From: Cyanidioschyzon merolae
Taxonomy: Eukaryota
Assembly: GCA_000091205.1 (NCBI GenBank)
Contig: AP006487.2
Reading direction: 5' to 3' (one strand)
Length of the DNA stretch: 64,000 nucleotides
Within the stretch, counting starts at the first letter, position 1; every line of letters starts with the position of its first letter. Positions 35,101 to 46,350 of this stretch are shown here, piece after piece. Position numbers and translations under genes: made by a program. The notes under the pieces are model-generated. The model was given only the letters and a program-made list of their open reading frames with translations. It did no database searches and was not told the DNA's origin.

Positions 35101-35351
35101 GCGTGCGAGACACGGAGCATGTACCTCGCCACTCGCTGATGCGCCTGAAAGGCTTTGTTCCGCACCAATCGACACGCACTCCTAACGCGGGCGTTCAGTC
35201 GCCACTGTGGCAACACACAAAAGCCCAACATATGCCTTGAAGTGCGCTGCAAAGTCAACCTTTGGTGCGCACCGTGTCCGAGGCTCACGGCCGTACAACA
35301 GCCTCCTGCTTGGTTCACAGGGACAAGGCATTGACCGAACCTGGTGTACAT
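32112..35351 (-). CDS. IARS2: Isoleucyl-tRNA synthetase of bacterial/organellar type, with an N-terminal extension and a C-terminal Zn-binding cluster
   Basis: Motifs include [26 protein letters not shown] (HIGH region, bacterial IleS-like), KMSKSLGN, and the C-terminal CARCWNF...[11 protein letters not shown] zinc motif. An approximately 100 aa N-terminal extension precedes the conserved LPETSF...[11 protein letters not shown] start and may be an organellar presequence. The ATG is at 35351; internal ATGs at 35231 and 35117 are alternatives. Confidence 0.92.
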   Translation of the reverse strand: [1079 protein letters not shown]

Positions 35352-35763
35352 TCTGCCCGCTTACTGGGAAGTTGCGAGTACCTTGTCGTCTGTCGAGCGC
35401 AGCGCTGGTCCAATCACAGAGCCACTACGCGCTGAGCGTGCGGCGCGGTGCGCTCTTGCCACACCGGGCGTTTCGACGGCTAGTGTGGCGGTGCCGGCGC
35501 AACTGCCGTTCATCTGGTCGCACTAGAGGACGGGAGCACTACAGCTCGCGGTCTCATGGGGCGCTCGTCGCCAAATGCACAGACACAGCAACCGAACATT
35601 TGCTGACTCGTCCGAAGCTCGATTCCTGACCAACTGGATCGCCATGAGTTTCTGGAACGGAGAGGTGTACCTCGTGTAGCGGCGGTATCCTTGTAGGATA
35701 ACCACAGAAGCGCTAGTCCCGTTTGTCGACTCTGTTTCGATGTACCGTTTTCATATATCACAG

Positions 35764-37036
35764 TTAGAATAAAATGGAATGGGCCCACTTACCTTATTCT
35801 GGCGTGTAATCAAACTCTCTTGGTCTCTTCCAGTTGTGATCAACAACGGACTTTTCGGAGCCTCCTCAGCAACTGCTTCCTTTTCGTACCTCTTATCTCT
35901 TCCATTGAAAACACCAGCATCTCGTTTCCTCAAGCTCCGCTATTCACTGGCAAAGGGTGACGACGGCAGCGTGAGCGTCCTCATTTCGCAGCCTCCAGTT
36001 GTTTTCCCGTGCATTTCATGCGCAGGCGGTAGTTGCCATCTCCGCACCCCTAGCCATGAGCATCTTCTTCTCATACTGCCACGATGTGCCCTGTGCAGCG
36101 ATGGCGCTCGGCAGGGGTCGCATGACCCTGTGCGCTCACCCCACCCCTCTTTCGAGGATCGTCCTGTAGCGCGTGAAGGCTTCTTCCATCGTTCGTCACG
36201 TGTCCTTGACATGTAAACAGGGTTCCATGCGATGTCTTTCTCCGTTACAACGCGCCCGGCGCCGTTCCCGAATATCACGAGCTTCTTCTGGACGATCCTC
36301 ACCGCAAACACACCGTACGCACACACGTAGGAGTACGCTGTTCCGTTCGGTGGAGGATTTGTGGAGCGCTTCGTAGTTCACGGTGAAACAAGCACCAGAA
36401 GTCAAAAGCAGTCTGCAGAGCAAGTGGAGATATTTCGAGCCGTCTGCGCTCCCTTCGAGCAATGGAGTGACGCACTCTTTATCAGAGGCGATCGCTGCGA
36501 TGACTCGAGTCCGAGTCCAGGGCCATATCCCATCCTGGCAGAAGAGACGGGATCTTCCAGGGGCACGTCCCGTAAAGCATACCATGCCGCTGTAGAATGC
36601 CGTCTCGTCGGTGGCCGCAAAGAGACGGGGATCTGTCTCGCGGGTGGAATCGAAGATTAACTGGTATGAGAAATTCTGTGTTCTCGCAGAAGAAGCTTGT
36701 GATGGAGTCGCTATGCGGTGACGTCGAGGTTGTTTCTCGTAATCGATCCAGTGGCGCAGCGCGCTGCGTTCTCGAGTTGCACTGGGACAGATAAATCGAA
36801 CGTCTGCTGGCTGCTTGCATTCAGCCTGATACACGTAGGAGAGAGAGAAGAGCAGGGCATCGACGTGTGAATGGACAATAATATAGGTTGCTTTACGAAC
36901 GGTATTCGCGGGCGTTGCGTTCCATCTTGATACCGGTGAACTAGGGAAGAAAGCGGAAAGGCGTCGAAGGTGACACTCCGAATAAACTACCGAGAACTCC
37001 AGAATTAGATGTATATCTGTAAGCACTTTCTGTAGT
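35764..37036 (-). mobile_element. Copy 1 of a ~1.36 kb repeat family, called R1 here. It is slightly truncated at one end relative to copy 3
   Basis: The 353 aa ORF 36196..37257 is identical to ORFs 40595..41512 and 46783..47700 from residue ~73 onward (EVLQKVLTDIHLILEFSVVYSECHL...). Antisense ORFs 35779..36216, 35940..36326, 36361..36660 and 36383..36595 are also duplicated. The end is TTAGAATAAAATGGAATGGG at 35764. Confidence 0.75.
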
Positions 37037-39201
37037 ACTTCGAGTTTAGAGTCTTTGCATCCTAAACAAATTCTAAAAGAATCGAAAAGCTGGAACACAG
37101 CAGACAGTTCACTGTTTGATATCCTTATCTGACATGGGTATGAAATCAGAGGGAGGGCGACTGCCAGTGATGACGTTCTTGTTGTTTGCCAGCAACGCAT
37201 ATCCGTGCGGGGTACGGTGTAACGCAAGTCCAAGTTCTTGTGAAATTTATGATGCAAAACGCCAGCCGATCTGAGTTTTCAGGGTTTCAGTGTGTCCGCC
37301 ATGGTTTGTAAAGCTGTATCGATGGATGCATACCAAATGAGCCGTAAATCACGTGCGTGAAGAACTGGAGCATGCCGACAGTCTGGGCCGGGCGCTCCAG
37401 GCATTCTTGCACGGACGTTTTGGACGAATTCCAACCGCTGCTTTGTTGATGTTGACTATTCGTTGTTTTAAGGAGTCTCGTAATCGTCTTTTGGTATCGC
37501 GGCTGAACGCTCAGAGGTGCACTCTAGTATAGTGATCGGTCTTGCGAATGAAAGCCGCTGCGCGTTACGCGCAAAAACCATTAACTGGCGAGCAAATGCG
37601 CTCTAACAGCGGTCTCAAGTGCGATGCCTCGTATTCAATGGTAGCGACTAGGCACCCGAAGCAAATCTACAGTCTCGAAAGGGACATACGACAACCAGAC
37701 TTTGAGTCGTAGAACACGCGAGATATTCGATCGGCTTCTGAACGTTTCTGGGCAGGGGGCTCGCCAGTTCCTTAAGAGAACTGCTAGCATGCGGCGTATT
37801 CCGTGGAAATAACGGCCCTCGTTATCGGGGCGCCATTGATGCTTCAACTTGCAATCGAATAGAAGATATCTGTCCTGCTGTACACACACAGGCCAGCGAC
37901 CATTTATTTGAAATATGAATCCCTGCACTTCACGCTCCTTCGTCACTCGCGCGATTTTGTCTGCACCCTATCACAGGGTTTTCACATTCGAAATGTAGGC
38001 TAGCCCCATCTGGGTGCCACTCGGGCGCTTATTCATCTCTGAATCAACCCCTGACTTTCTTCGACTTCTTGCACTGTGGAGAGCTCATGCACGGACATCG
38101 GTGGGGCACTGGTGCAGAACCACTATATGAATTCCGGCTTCTCAGCATACAGACTCTGGCCAGCATCTCGTATGCGCTGCCTGACCATATTTTCAACGAA
38201 GGCAACGCGATCGCTGTGCATTGACGTTCAGAATCCAGGACCTCACTGGCGACGCTTATGCTCGCAACTACCGCGCTGCTGCTAAGCCTCCTGCGCAAGC
38301 ATAGTATCGACCTCAATGCCGCAGTCGCTACGTCACCAGTCCGTGCCGGTAGCGGCCTGACGCGCGTTGCTCGCCACCGCCAAACCTCTCCGTCAAGCAA
38401 TTTGGCCCTTTTCTGATACGGAGCTTGTTTAGCGCTTCCACGGGGACAGGGCGCGATCGTACAGCCAGAGCGTGTACTCTTCCAGGGACAACTGCGCCCC
38501 CTCTTTCCAAACTGCAGTGTGCTTTTCTGACCATCTCATGCGTCTCCTATCGAATCTGCTCTTTCATCTCATCATCAAGAAAATTCGCGGTCAAAGTCAC
38601 CGGAAAAAGAGAAAACTCGCACTGGAGCTACCGCTCCATATCCTAGTTCGGTTGCAATACAAGAGTAGAGGAACCTCGAGATATTTTCCTAAGCGGCGCG
38701 CGTTCCCTGCCACCACTGGCTGCAAGGCGGAGATTCTGGGGGCCTCGAGTTGCGTGGCGCGCGGGTGTGGCAACTGGTGGTTTACGTCTCCGTTAAGCGC
38801 TTATCTGACATAGCACTGCGTCGTGCTTCCCTTGTGTGTTCCTGGCGCGTGGAACAACGAACAGGGGACCAGCATAATGATTCAGGGAAAGAATTAGACG
38901 GAATTAGGACGACACTCAGGGAGGCACCCGCTGGTGCTTCGTTCAAGAGGCTTTGACACCTTTGAACGTTCAGAAGGCAGCTAGAACACTCCAGGCGCAA
39001 CCAGCATTGCTACCGCCTCGGGCGGCTGCGCCCCTTGTGTTGTGTGCTCTTAGTGAAGGTGCCTTTTTAGCTGGGCATCTGCTTTCCAAGATTGGCTTTC
39101 CTGACGGAAAACGCTGGCAGTGAAGGCTGAGGGAGCGTTTTCCTACGTGATTTGACACACAAACAGGTATACTATTGTTCACGCACAGTCTATACTCAAA
39201 T

Positions 39202-40497
39202 ATGTGCTCCAAGGGACAGAAAACTGAGAAGAAACTCCTTGCGAGCTCTACGGAACGACTCGCACAGCAAGGCGCACGAGCGGCTCGAGGTACACGAGCA
39301 GTGAACGCAGGAAAATATGCATCGGGTGGCAACCAACACAGCCAGAGCTGGAGTTTTATGTCACGCATGCGCTCATTTCTTCGTTTGGGAGCCCCTTCCG
39401 TAAGAAACCGAGATTCGAATTCTAAGAGCGCATGCGCTGGAACCTGCTTTGAATACGACAGAAACAATCGAGGCATGGAAACCAAAGGCGCCGAGAATCT
39501 CCGAAAAACAGTCCCACAAACCTCAACAGAGAGTTTGGGAAACCCGCAAATTTCCCTGAAACAGAAAATAACGGATCCAGGGAATGTTCGCGGAAGTGAC
39601 AGTGAGCAGCAGGCGCGCTCGGGCACTATTAAGAATCTCGACGCTCCCGTGGCCGAGACTGCTCCAACTTCTGAGGTGCAATGTGGCAGCCGGGAAGACG
39701 ATTTGTGCCGAAGTCGTCATTGCCCCGGATCAGACTCATATCCAGCAGAATTTTTCCCCGCAAGTAGTCTATGGCCTGATAGAGACGATGATCAATCCAA
39801 GCAAGCGACCTCCCTGCGCTCCACACAATTGCTCGAGGAACCACATAAGAGAGACTCTAATCCCAGCACGGGAACTCCGCTTTTACCTCCTCAGAAAGAT
39901 ATCCACAGGGGCTTGAAGACTCTGGTTTTAGATCTCGACGAGACCCTTGTTCACTCTGGCTTCGACAAAATTGACAGGCCTGACTATGTACTTCAAATTG
40001 AGGTTAACGGCATTCTTCGAACACTCTACGTGAAGAAACGTCCCGGCTGTGATCGGTTTCTGCGAGAAATGGCAGACTATTTCGAAATCGTGGTGTTTAC
40101 TGCGTCCCTAGCGAAGTATGCGGATGCGGTTTGTGATCTGCTGAATCAGTCTGTAGGCCGGGACGTAATATCGTACCGCTTGTTTCGAGACTCCTGCGAA
40201 TTCGACGTTGACGCCCTCTGTTTTGTGAAAAATTTGCACTATCTTGGTCGAGATATTCGAAAAATAGTGATTGTTGATAATTCGCCGAGTGCCTACTTGA
40301 AAAACGCTGAGAATGCGATTCCTGTTGTCTCGTGGTTTAACGATGAATCCGATAACACACTCGAAGCGCTCATACCGCTCCTCCAAGAAATTGCTGCTGC
40401 AGACGACGTGCGAGATGCTATCCAGAAATCCCCAATCGTTCAGAAACTTCGTGAGAACTTCGGCAGTATCGCAGGCGAGACGAGTTACGCGCAGTAA
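39202..40497 (+). CDS. CTDSP: CTD small phosphatase-like protein (FCP1-homology / NIF domain, HAD superfamily)
   Basis: LVLDLDETLVHSGF carries the DxDxT catalytic motif, followed by ...YVKKRPGCDRFLREMADYFEIVVFTASLAKYADAVCDLLN...VDNSPSAYLKNAENAIPVVSWFNDESDNTLEALIPLL, which is typical of SCP1/Dullard-type phosphatases. The N-terminal half is low-complexity. The first ATG is at 39202; the track start at 39175 is TTG. Confidence 0.85.
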   Translation: MCSKGQKTEKKLLASSTERLAQQGARAARGTRAVNAGKYASGGNQHSQSWSFMSRMRSFLRLGAPSVRNRDSNSKSACAGTCFEYDRNNRGMETKGAENLRKTVPQTSTESLGNPQISLKQKITDPGNVRGSDSEQQARSGTIKNLDAPVAETAPTSEVQCGSREDDLCRSRHCPGSDSYPAEFFPASSLWPDRDDDQSKQATSLRSTQLLEEPHKRDSNPSTGTPLLPPQKDIHRGLKTLVLDLDETLVHSGFDKIDRPDYVLQIEVNGILRTLYVKKRPGCDRFLREMADYFEIVVFTASLAKYADAVCDLLNQSVGRDVISYRLFRDSCEFDVDALCFVKNLHYLGRDIRKIVIVDNSPSAYLKNAENAIPVVSWFNDESDNTLEALIPLLQEIAAADDVRDAIQKSPIVQKLRENFGSIAGETSYAQ

Positions 40498-40586
40498 CAT
40501 TGATGTATTCTCTGACCATTGCGAATATAACCATGCTAGCCTCCTGATCAAGCAACAGTCATTCTGTACACTCAAGTCAAATTAAA

Positions 40587-41885
40587 ATGGAACAGTGAAC
40601 TGCTCGCTTTCATCTTGCCATTCGATCCTTTTTCTGGAACTTTTGACATTGACCAACTCGGCGTTCGAAGTGCTACAGAAAGTGCTTACAGATATACATC
40701 TAATTCTGGAGTTCTCGGTAGTATATTCGGAGTGTCACCTTCGACGCCTTTCCGCTTTCTTCCCTAGTTCACCGGTATCAAGATGGAACGCAACGCCCGC
40801 GAATACCGTTCGTAAAGCAACCTATATTATTGTCCATTCACACGTCGATGCCCTGCTCTTCTCTCTCTCCTACGTGTATCAGGCTGAATGCAAGCAGCCA
40901 GCAGACGTTCGATTTATCTGTCCCAGTGCAACTCGAGAACGCAGCGCGCTGCGCCACTGGATCGATTACGAGAAACAACCTCGACGTCACCGCATAGCGA
41001 CTCCATCACACGCTTCTTCTGCGAGAACACAGAATTTCTCATACCAGTTAATCTTCGATTCCACCCGCGAGACAGATCCCCGTCTCTTTGCGGCCACCGA
41101 CGAGACGGCATTCTACAGCGGCATGGTATGCTTTACGGGACGTGCCCCTGGAAGATCCCGTCTCTTCTGCCAGGATGGGATATGGCCCTGGACTCGGACT
41201 CGAGTCATCGCAGCGATCGCCTCTGATAAAGAGTGCGTCACTCCATTGCTCGAAGGGAGCGCAGACGGCTCGAAATATCTCCACTTGCTCTGCAGACTGC
41301 TTTTGACTTCTGGTGCTTGTTTCACCGTGAACTACGAAGCGCTCCACAAATCCTCCACCGAACGGAACAGCGTACTCCTACGTGTGTGCGTACGGTGTGT
41401 TTGCGGTGAGGATCGTCCAGAAGAAGCTCGTGATATTCGGGAACGGCGCCGGGCGCGTTGTAACGGAGAAAGACATCGCATGGAACCCTGTTTACATGTC
41501 AAGGACACGTGACGAACGATGGAAGAAGCCTTCACGCGCTACAGGACGATCCTCGAAAGAGGGGTTGGGTGAGCGCACAGGGTCATGCGACCCCTGCCGA
41601 GCGCCATCGCTGCACAGGGCACATCGTGGCAGTATGAGAAGAAGATGCTCATGGCTAGGGGTGCGGAGATGGCAACTACCGCCTGCGCATGAAATGCACG
41701 GGAAAACAACTGGAGGCTGCGAAATGAGGACGCTCACGCTGCCGTCGTCACCCTTTGCCAGTGAATAGCGGAGCTTGAGGAAACGAGATGCTGGTGTTTT
41801 CAATGGAAGAGATAAGAGGTACGAAAAGGAAGCAGTTGCTGAGGAGGCTCCGAAAAGTCCGTTGTTGATCACAACTGGAAGAGAC
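40587..41885 (+). mobile_element. Copy 2 of the ~1.36 kb R1 repeat. It carries an intact 305 aa ORF and lacks the terminal ~58 bp at its right end
   Basis: It starts ...AAATGGAACAGTGAACTGCTCGC at 40587, an end shared exactly with copy 3 at 47707. ORF 40595..41512 is 305 aa with only 1-2 aa differences from copies 1 and 3. Similarity to the other copies stops after ...ggaagagac at about 41885. Confidence 0.75.
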
Positions 41886-41967
41886 AAAAACAGAAAAAAG
41901 TAGGCCAAGTAAGGTCTATTGAGCTGCTCGATTTTATTTCGACGTGGGCGTGGTGCGTGCGCACGAG

Positions 41968-42816
41968 TTAGCTGTCTTGATCCTTTCCATTGTGTTCCAA
42001 CATATGTAGAGAGACTTCCCTGCGTTGTGCACCGCAAGTTGGCTGAGGCCCGCGCAGGCTACCCACTACAATTGGTTCGTTGCCGGTATTCACCCTAAGT
42101 GCTGGCCCAGTTTCAATAATAATGCCGCACGGTGGCATTGGTGCACATCGAGAAATCCATGGCATTATTGGCATACTATTCGAGACGAGAACAATTGCAT
42201 TGTAGATGCAAGCCAGGGAGCGCAGCCGTAGCCCAGTCTCAATCAGCGGGTCGGGATCAGTGCCTGTTGCGGCGGCAACGAAACCACTGACAGCGTCAAA
42301 GATCAGCAGCAGGGGTTGCAAACTAGTGCCGCTGTGCTCATGCATTGTAAAGTGACAAAGTCGACGCTCCTCTTCAGCCTCCGTCTGGCGCAGTACGTCT
42401 AGCACGTCCTCTATACAAAAAACGGGGAAAAGCTGATAATACGAACTTGATGAGATTTGTGGCAACCTCGTTTGAACCAGATCCACGCACTGATGATTAT
42501 TTTCACTATCCAAGTATACGATTCGGAAAGTGTGAATATTTCGCGAGAGAACAGAGTTGCAGAGCAGGCTCTTGCCAGTCCCGCTTCGGCCCCGCAGCTC
42601 TATGTACTGGCCAGGACGCAGGCCACCGCCGAGGGCCACATCCAGCTCCTTCACCCCGCTTTTGGCGAAGTACTGGCCGTAAAGTGCTGATCGCTCGTGC
42701 ACGCTTGCGAGTTCCTCAAAAAGCGGTCGTCTCCAGGCACCTTGTCGGCCTGCTGCTCCAATCTCCACGGTGTGCACGAGCTCAGCGCCTGCTGAGACTC
42801 GGCTCGTTTCCTCCAT
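41968..42816 (-). CDS. RecA-fold ATPase, a RAD51-paralog-like protein of the XRCC2/RAD51D class
   Basis: LDVALGGGLRPGQYIELRGRSGTGKSLL combines the RAD51-family LDxxLGGG element with a Walker A motif. A Walker B-like LLLIFDAVSGF is present. The protein is 282 aa, the size of small RAD51 paralogs, and starts with an ATG at 42816. Confidence 0.55.
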   Translation of the reverse strand: MEETSRVSAGAELVHTVEIGAAGRQGAWRRPLFEELASVHERSALYGQYFAKSGVKELDVALGGGLRPGQYIELRGRSGTGKSLLCNSVLSRNIHTFRIVYLDSENNHQCVDLVQTRLPQISSSSYYQLFPVFCIEDVLDVLRQTEAEEERRLCHFTMHEHSGTSLQPLLLIFDAVSGFVAAATGTDPDPLIETGLRLRSLACIYNAIVLVSNSMPIMPWISRCAPMPPCGIIIETGPALRVNTGNEPIVVGSLRGPQPTCGAQRREVSLHMLEHNGKDQDS

Positions 42817-45800
42817 TTCTCAATAGCAAGCGCTCGGACTGCCGTCTATACCATTATTCTAATAGACGATTTCCAAAAACAAGTGGCAGCCACTTTGGAG
42901 CAGCCGCTCTCTATTTAGTACTATCGAGTAGACGATTAACAGTATTCTCCCCTGGTCGGCAATAACATTGTTCCTCGTGCACATTTGTCGCGCTTCTGCC
43001 TCGCTGGGTTGCCGACTATACCGTGGCAGTGCCTCGTTCTTTGAGGGCACCAGATCCAGTATCTTTCGGCCAGTGACTTCCTTTCGTCAGAAGTATTACG
43101 CTATTCTGCACGATTCCATCGCTGAATAAGAAACGATCCGCTCGAAATTTAGCTTAAAATAGAGCCGCTGAACTCTTCGGAAGCATGAGACATTTCTGTA
43201 TGTTAATTAAGGCATTTATGTCTGGATGATGAAAATGCTTGAGCGCATAGTTGCCGGTGGAATCACACCATAGCGAGCCTCCTAAATTCGAGTGCCCTGT
43301 TATCTGAAGATCGGCCAGCCTTCTGTACTGCATAGAGTGCATGCGGCTCTGTTGCAGTATCTGCTCTACTTGTTCTATGTGCATTTGTATTATTAATACG
43401 CACATATCGCACTGAATGCATCGATAAGGATGCTACAGCATCGATTCTTGCACTGGTTGCACGCTCTCGTCGAAAGGACGGGAGCTCGGCGTTTGCACGC
43501 TGAAGCACGTCCAGCGCCAAGGGCTACCACCGAACGACACGATCCGTAGCTTGTTCTCTTTTACGACTTTTTTTCAACAAGTTGCAAACGCATGCTTCTT
43601 CCCTCCGTCTATCCGAGACTCTCGTAAATTCAACGATATATCATGAACGCCTGCTAAGGATCGTCCGCATGATCCATTTTGACGGTCATGCACATCGTGC
43701 ATGAAACTGTACAAAGCATGTTCCTCGCTTCCATACGGCGCCTAGATATTTGAGAATGAGGTCATGACACAGTCGATCCACTTCTTCGGATTTATTTCCG
43801 CATTCAACACGCCCTGCTGTCGATCATACCAAGCTCTGTAAAAGCTGGGCAGCTTCACCTTCTTTCCGTTCTGATCTTTGGCTCCGTCCTGTTTGTTATG
43901 AGGTTCGTGCACGTGACGTTGTTTATTGAACAAGGATCCACACTCACAGAAAAATCTTCCTCTTCGTCCACCTTGAAAGCTTGAGTACCTGTCTCGCTGC
44001 ATGATTCAGGCCTAAGTTTCAAAAGGCACGTGCCGATTGATATCCCGCCGGTCTCCGCCTCCTGTGTGCGACATTCCATTGCCTCATTGTAAAAGAGAAC
44101 GCCTTAAATAACTCCGCAAATGCTGTTTGAGCATTCTTACGATTGCTTCATCCTCGCTGGCAGAGATTAGCCGAGGCTCACCGGGCGGGCCATAGGCTAC
44201 AGAGGACAAGCGTCTACCGTGACATAAAGGCCCTTGGTCTAAGAAAATCGGGAGCAAATCGAATAGAAGTTTGAGAGGGATAGGGCGCTCGCCGACAGGG
44301 CGCAAGTCTGCTGTCTTGCGCGCTGGAGGGCTGTGATTAGGAAAGCGTTCCAGCCCAAGATGCAAGACAAGCTGCTATCAGGTCTCAACTAGCCTTTGGA
44401 TACGAGACAATCGGTCCGAGGCCCAGAGCAGCTTAATATGCTTGGACTCTCCAAAGCGACTCATCCTCTCTGTTCGAGATCTCTGCCGAAGCCGCCGCCA
44501 GCTCGTCATTTGCCCCTTGCCAATGCCACAAGAATCCTTTCTGTGAGTCATTATCTCTCTGGTAAAGTAAGTTCAGCGTTCGTCGCTCAGAAGGTGCGTC
44601 TCCTGGTGCGCTCCGCTTTGATCCGTTTATGCATTGGAGATTGGATTGACAATTATTGGCAACCGTGCTGTAGATTCTCTTGATCCCAGACACCGTGACG
44701 TAGCAATGTATTCCGGGAACGGAATGTGCGTATTTCTGATCGTAACAGCGGGGCGTGTTGCACATCGTGTCCAGAGCACCAGTTCTGTTGTCGCTCGAAA
44801 GTTTAATCGATAATTTCTGAAGCACACTGGAGAGCTGGCATCCCAGCGTCCGGGAATCCTACGAAAAGTTGTTGCACGATGTGCGTCAAGGTAAGAGAGG
44901 CTGTGCAAGCCTTCACAGAGTAGAAGCAATGCGATGCTTAATGGAGTCTTGCATCTCACATTTCGTAAGATTCTTTGGTTTATATGGTTTTCTAGGGAGA
45001 TCCCGGCAAATGAATCAGAACCTTTTTTACAGCTCGTAGATTTTTGCGTTTGCGTCCCTCTCCATCCTCTTTTCGAAAGAATCATGCTCTTCTCGGTCGA
45101 GTTCTTTCTTCCCCTTTCTTTTCTTGGGCATTCAAACGCATTGATCGGAAGGAGACACTGAAGCTTAAGTTTTCTATGTGTGCGATTGCTGTGCCTTGAA
45201 TACATTTTATTCACCTTCTCCGTCGCGAGAATGCCCATGGACCGAAGAGCGACTTTCTGCTCTCTACTGCATACGAGCGGATAGGCAACGAAACTGGTAA
45301 GGACTGGAAACAGCAGAAAATACTTGTCATGAGCGGCGTCACCTGTACGAACTATACTTCTATTGGTCCGGAGGCGTAAAATTGACGCTGAACAACGGGA
45401 AAGTCGCATTCGATTCGACTTTACCCAGGAGGACACGGTGGCATGATGATCAGCTCAACGCCACTCTCAGCTGAGCAGTCCTTGACAGATTTGTGTGATG
45501 GAAAGCGATGTCGTCTAATACCAGGAAAGGAGAATGTGGCAAGGAGAAGCCACAAGGAGAACTTCGATGAAGGATGAGATGTCGATCGATCCCATCCGTT
45601 TGACACTTTATAGGGGACCGCGCGAGTAAATCGTAGCAAGGGCTGGCGTTATCGACATTCTCGCTTTCCTCCTCTACACAAACAGTGTTCCGTCCGTGTT
45701 TGAAGGTCCATTTGAACGTCTACTATTTCCACTGAATAATTTCTCATCCAAAGAGGTGAGCACCCGTGCGTCCTGTGGCAAGCGTTCAAGTTCCAGGATG

Positions 45801-46350
45801 GAACCAATAAAGCGTTGTTCAACGCGCAACGGTCTCCCATGGGAGCTCGTCAGTTTCTTTGTCCTACCAGTTCCACTCTTCACTATTTTTGTTATACGTA
45901 CGAACTTTTTAAATTCTGTTGCTTGTTTGGTGGTATTTATCAACGAAAGTATGGAGCGCAATGAATAGACAACGAGGAATTCGTGTAAATAGAGTTTAAT
46001 TAGTACTGGTTTGAGTATATTATGCACAAAATAGAGAAAACGAGCAGGGCAGTCCAGCCACCTGCTGACGGTTGCGTAACGGAATTCTACAAATAAGACA
46101 GTCACATTCAGTACAGAGAAGTGACTGCGCACTGTCCTTCTGCAACCGTTCTTAAATCTTAAGGCATCATTCTAATATTAAATACCCACGAGAAATTCAT
46201 ACAAATGCAAAAAGGCCTGCTGGTAATCGCAATTCAGAATTCGCTTTCCTGAGAATAATTGCCACTAAGGTTGACAGCAGTGCGCTTCCTGGACAGAAGT
46301 TCGTCAGGCAGGCATATTGGTCACCAGCAAGCGTTTCGACCAAACCATTA

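Noticed and set aside
36480-36520. The GCGATCGC octamer, the cyanobacterial HIP1 palindrome, inside the repeat core
   Set aside because: Only single occurrences per repeat copy were seen. The rest of the window is clearly eukaryotic nuclear DNA, so it is treated as part of the element's palindromic core and not as a prokaryotic signature.
41885-41968. Possible disruption of the RAD51-paralog C-terminus by R1 copy 2
   Set aside because: The ORF's stop codon lies in unique sequence outside the repeat. Only the 3' flank is affected, not the CDS.
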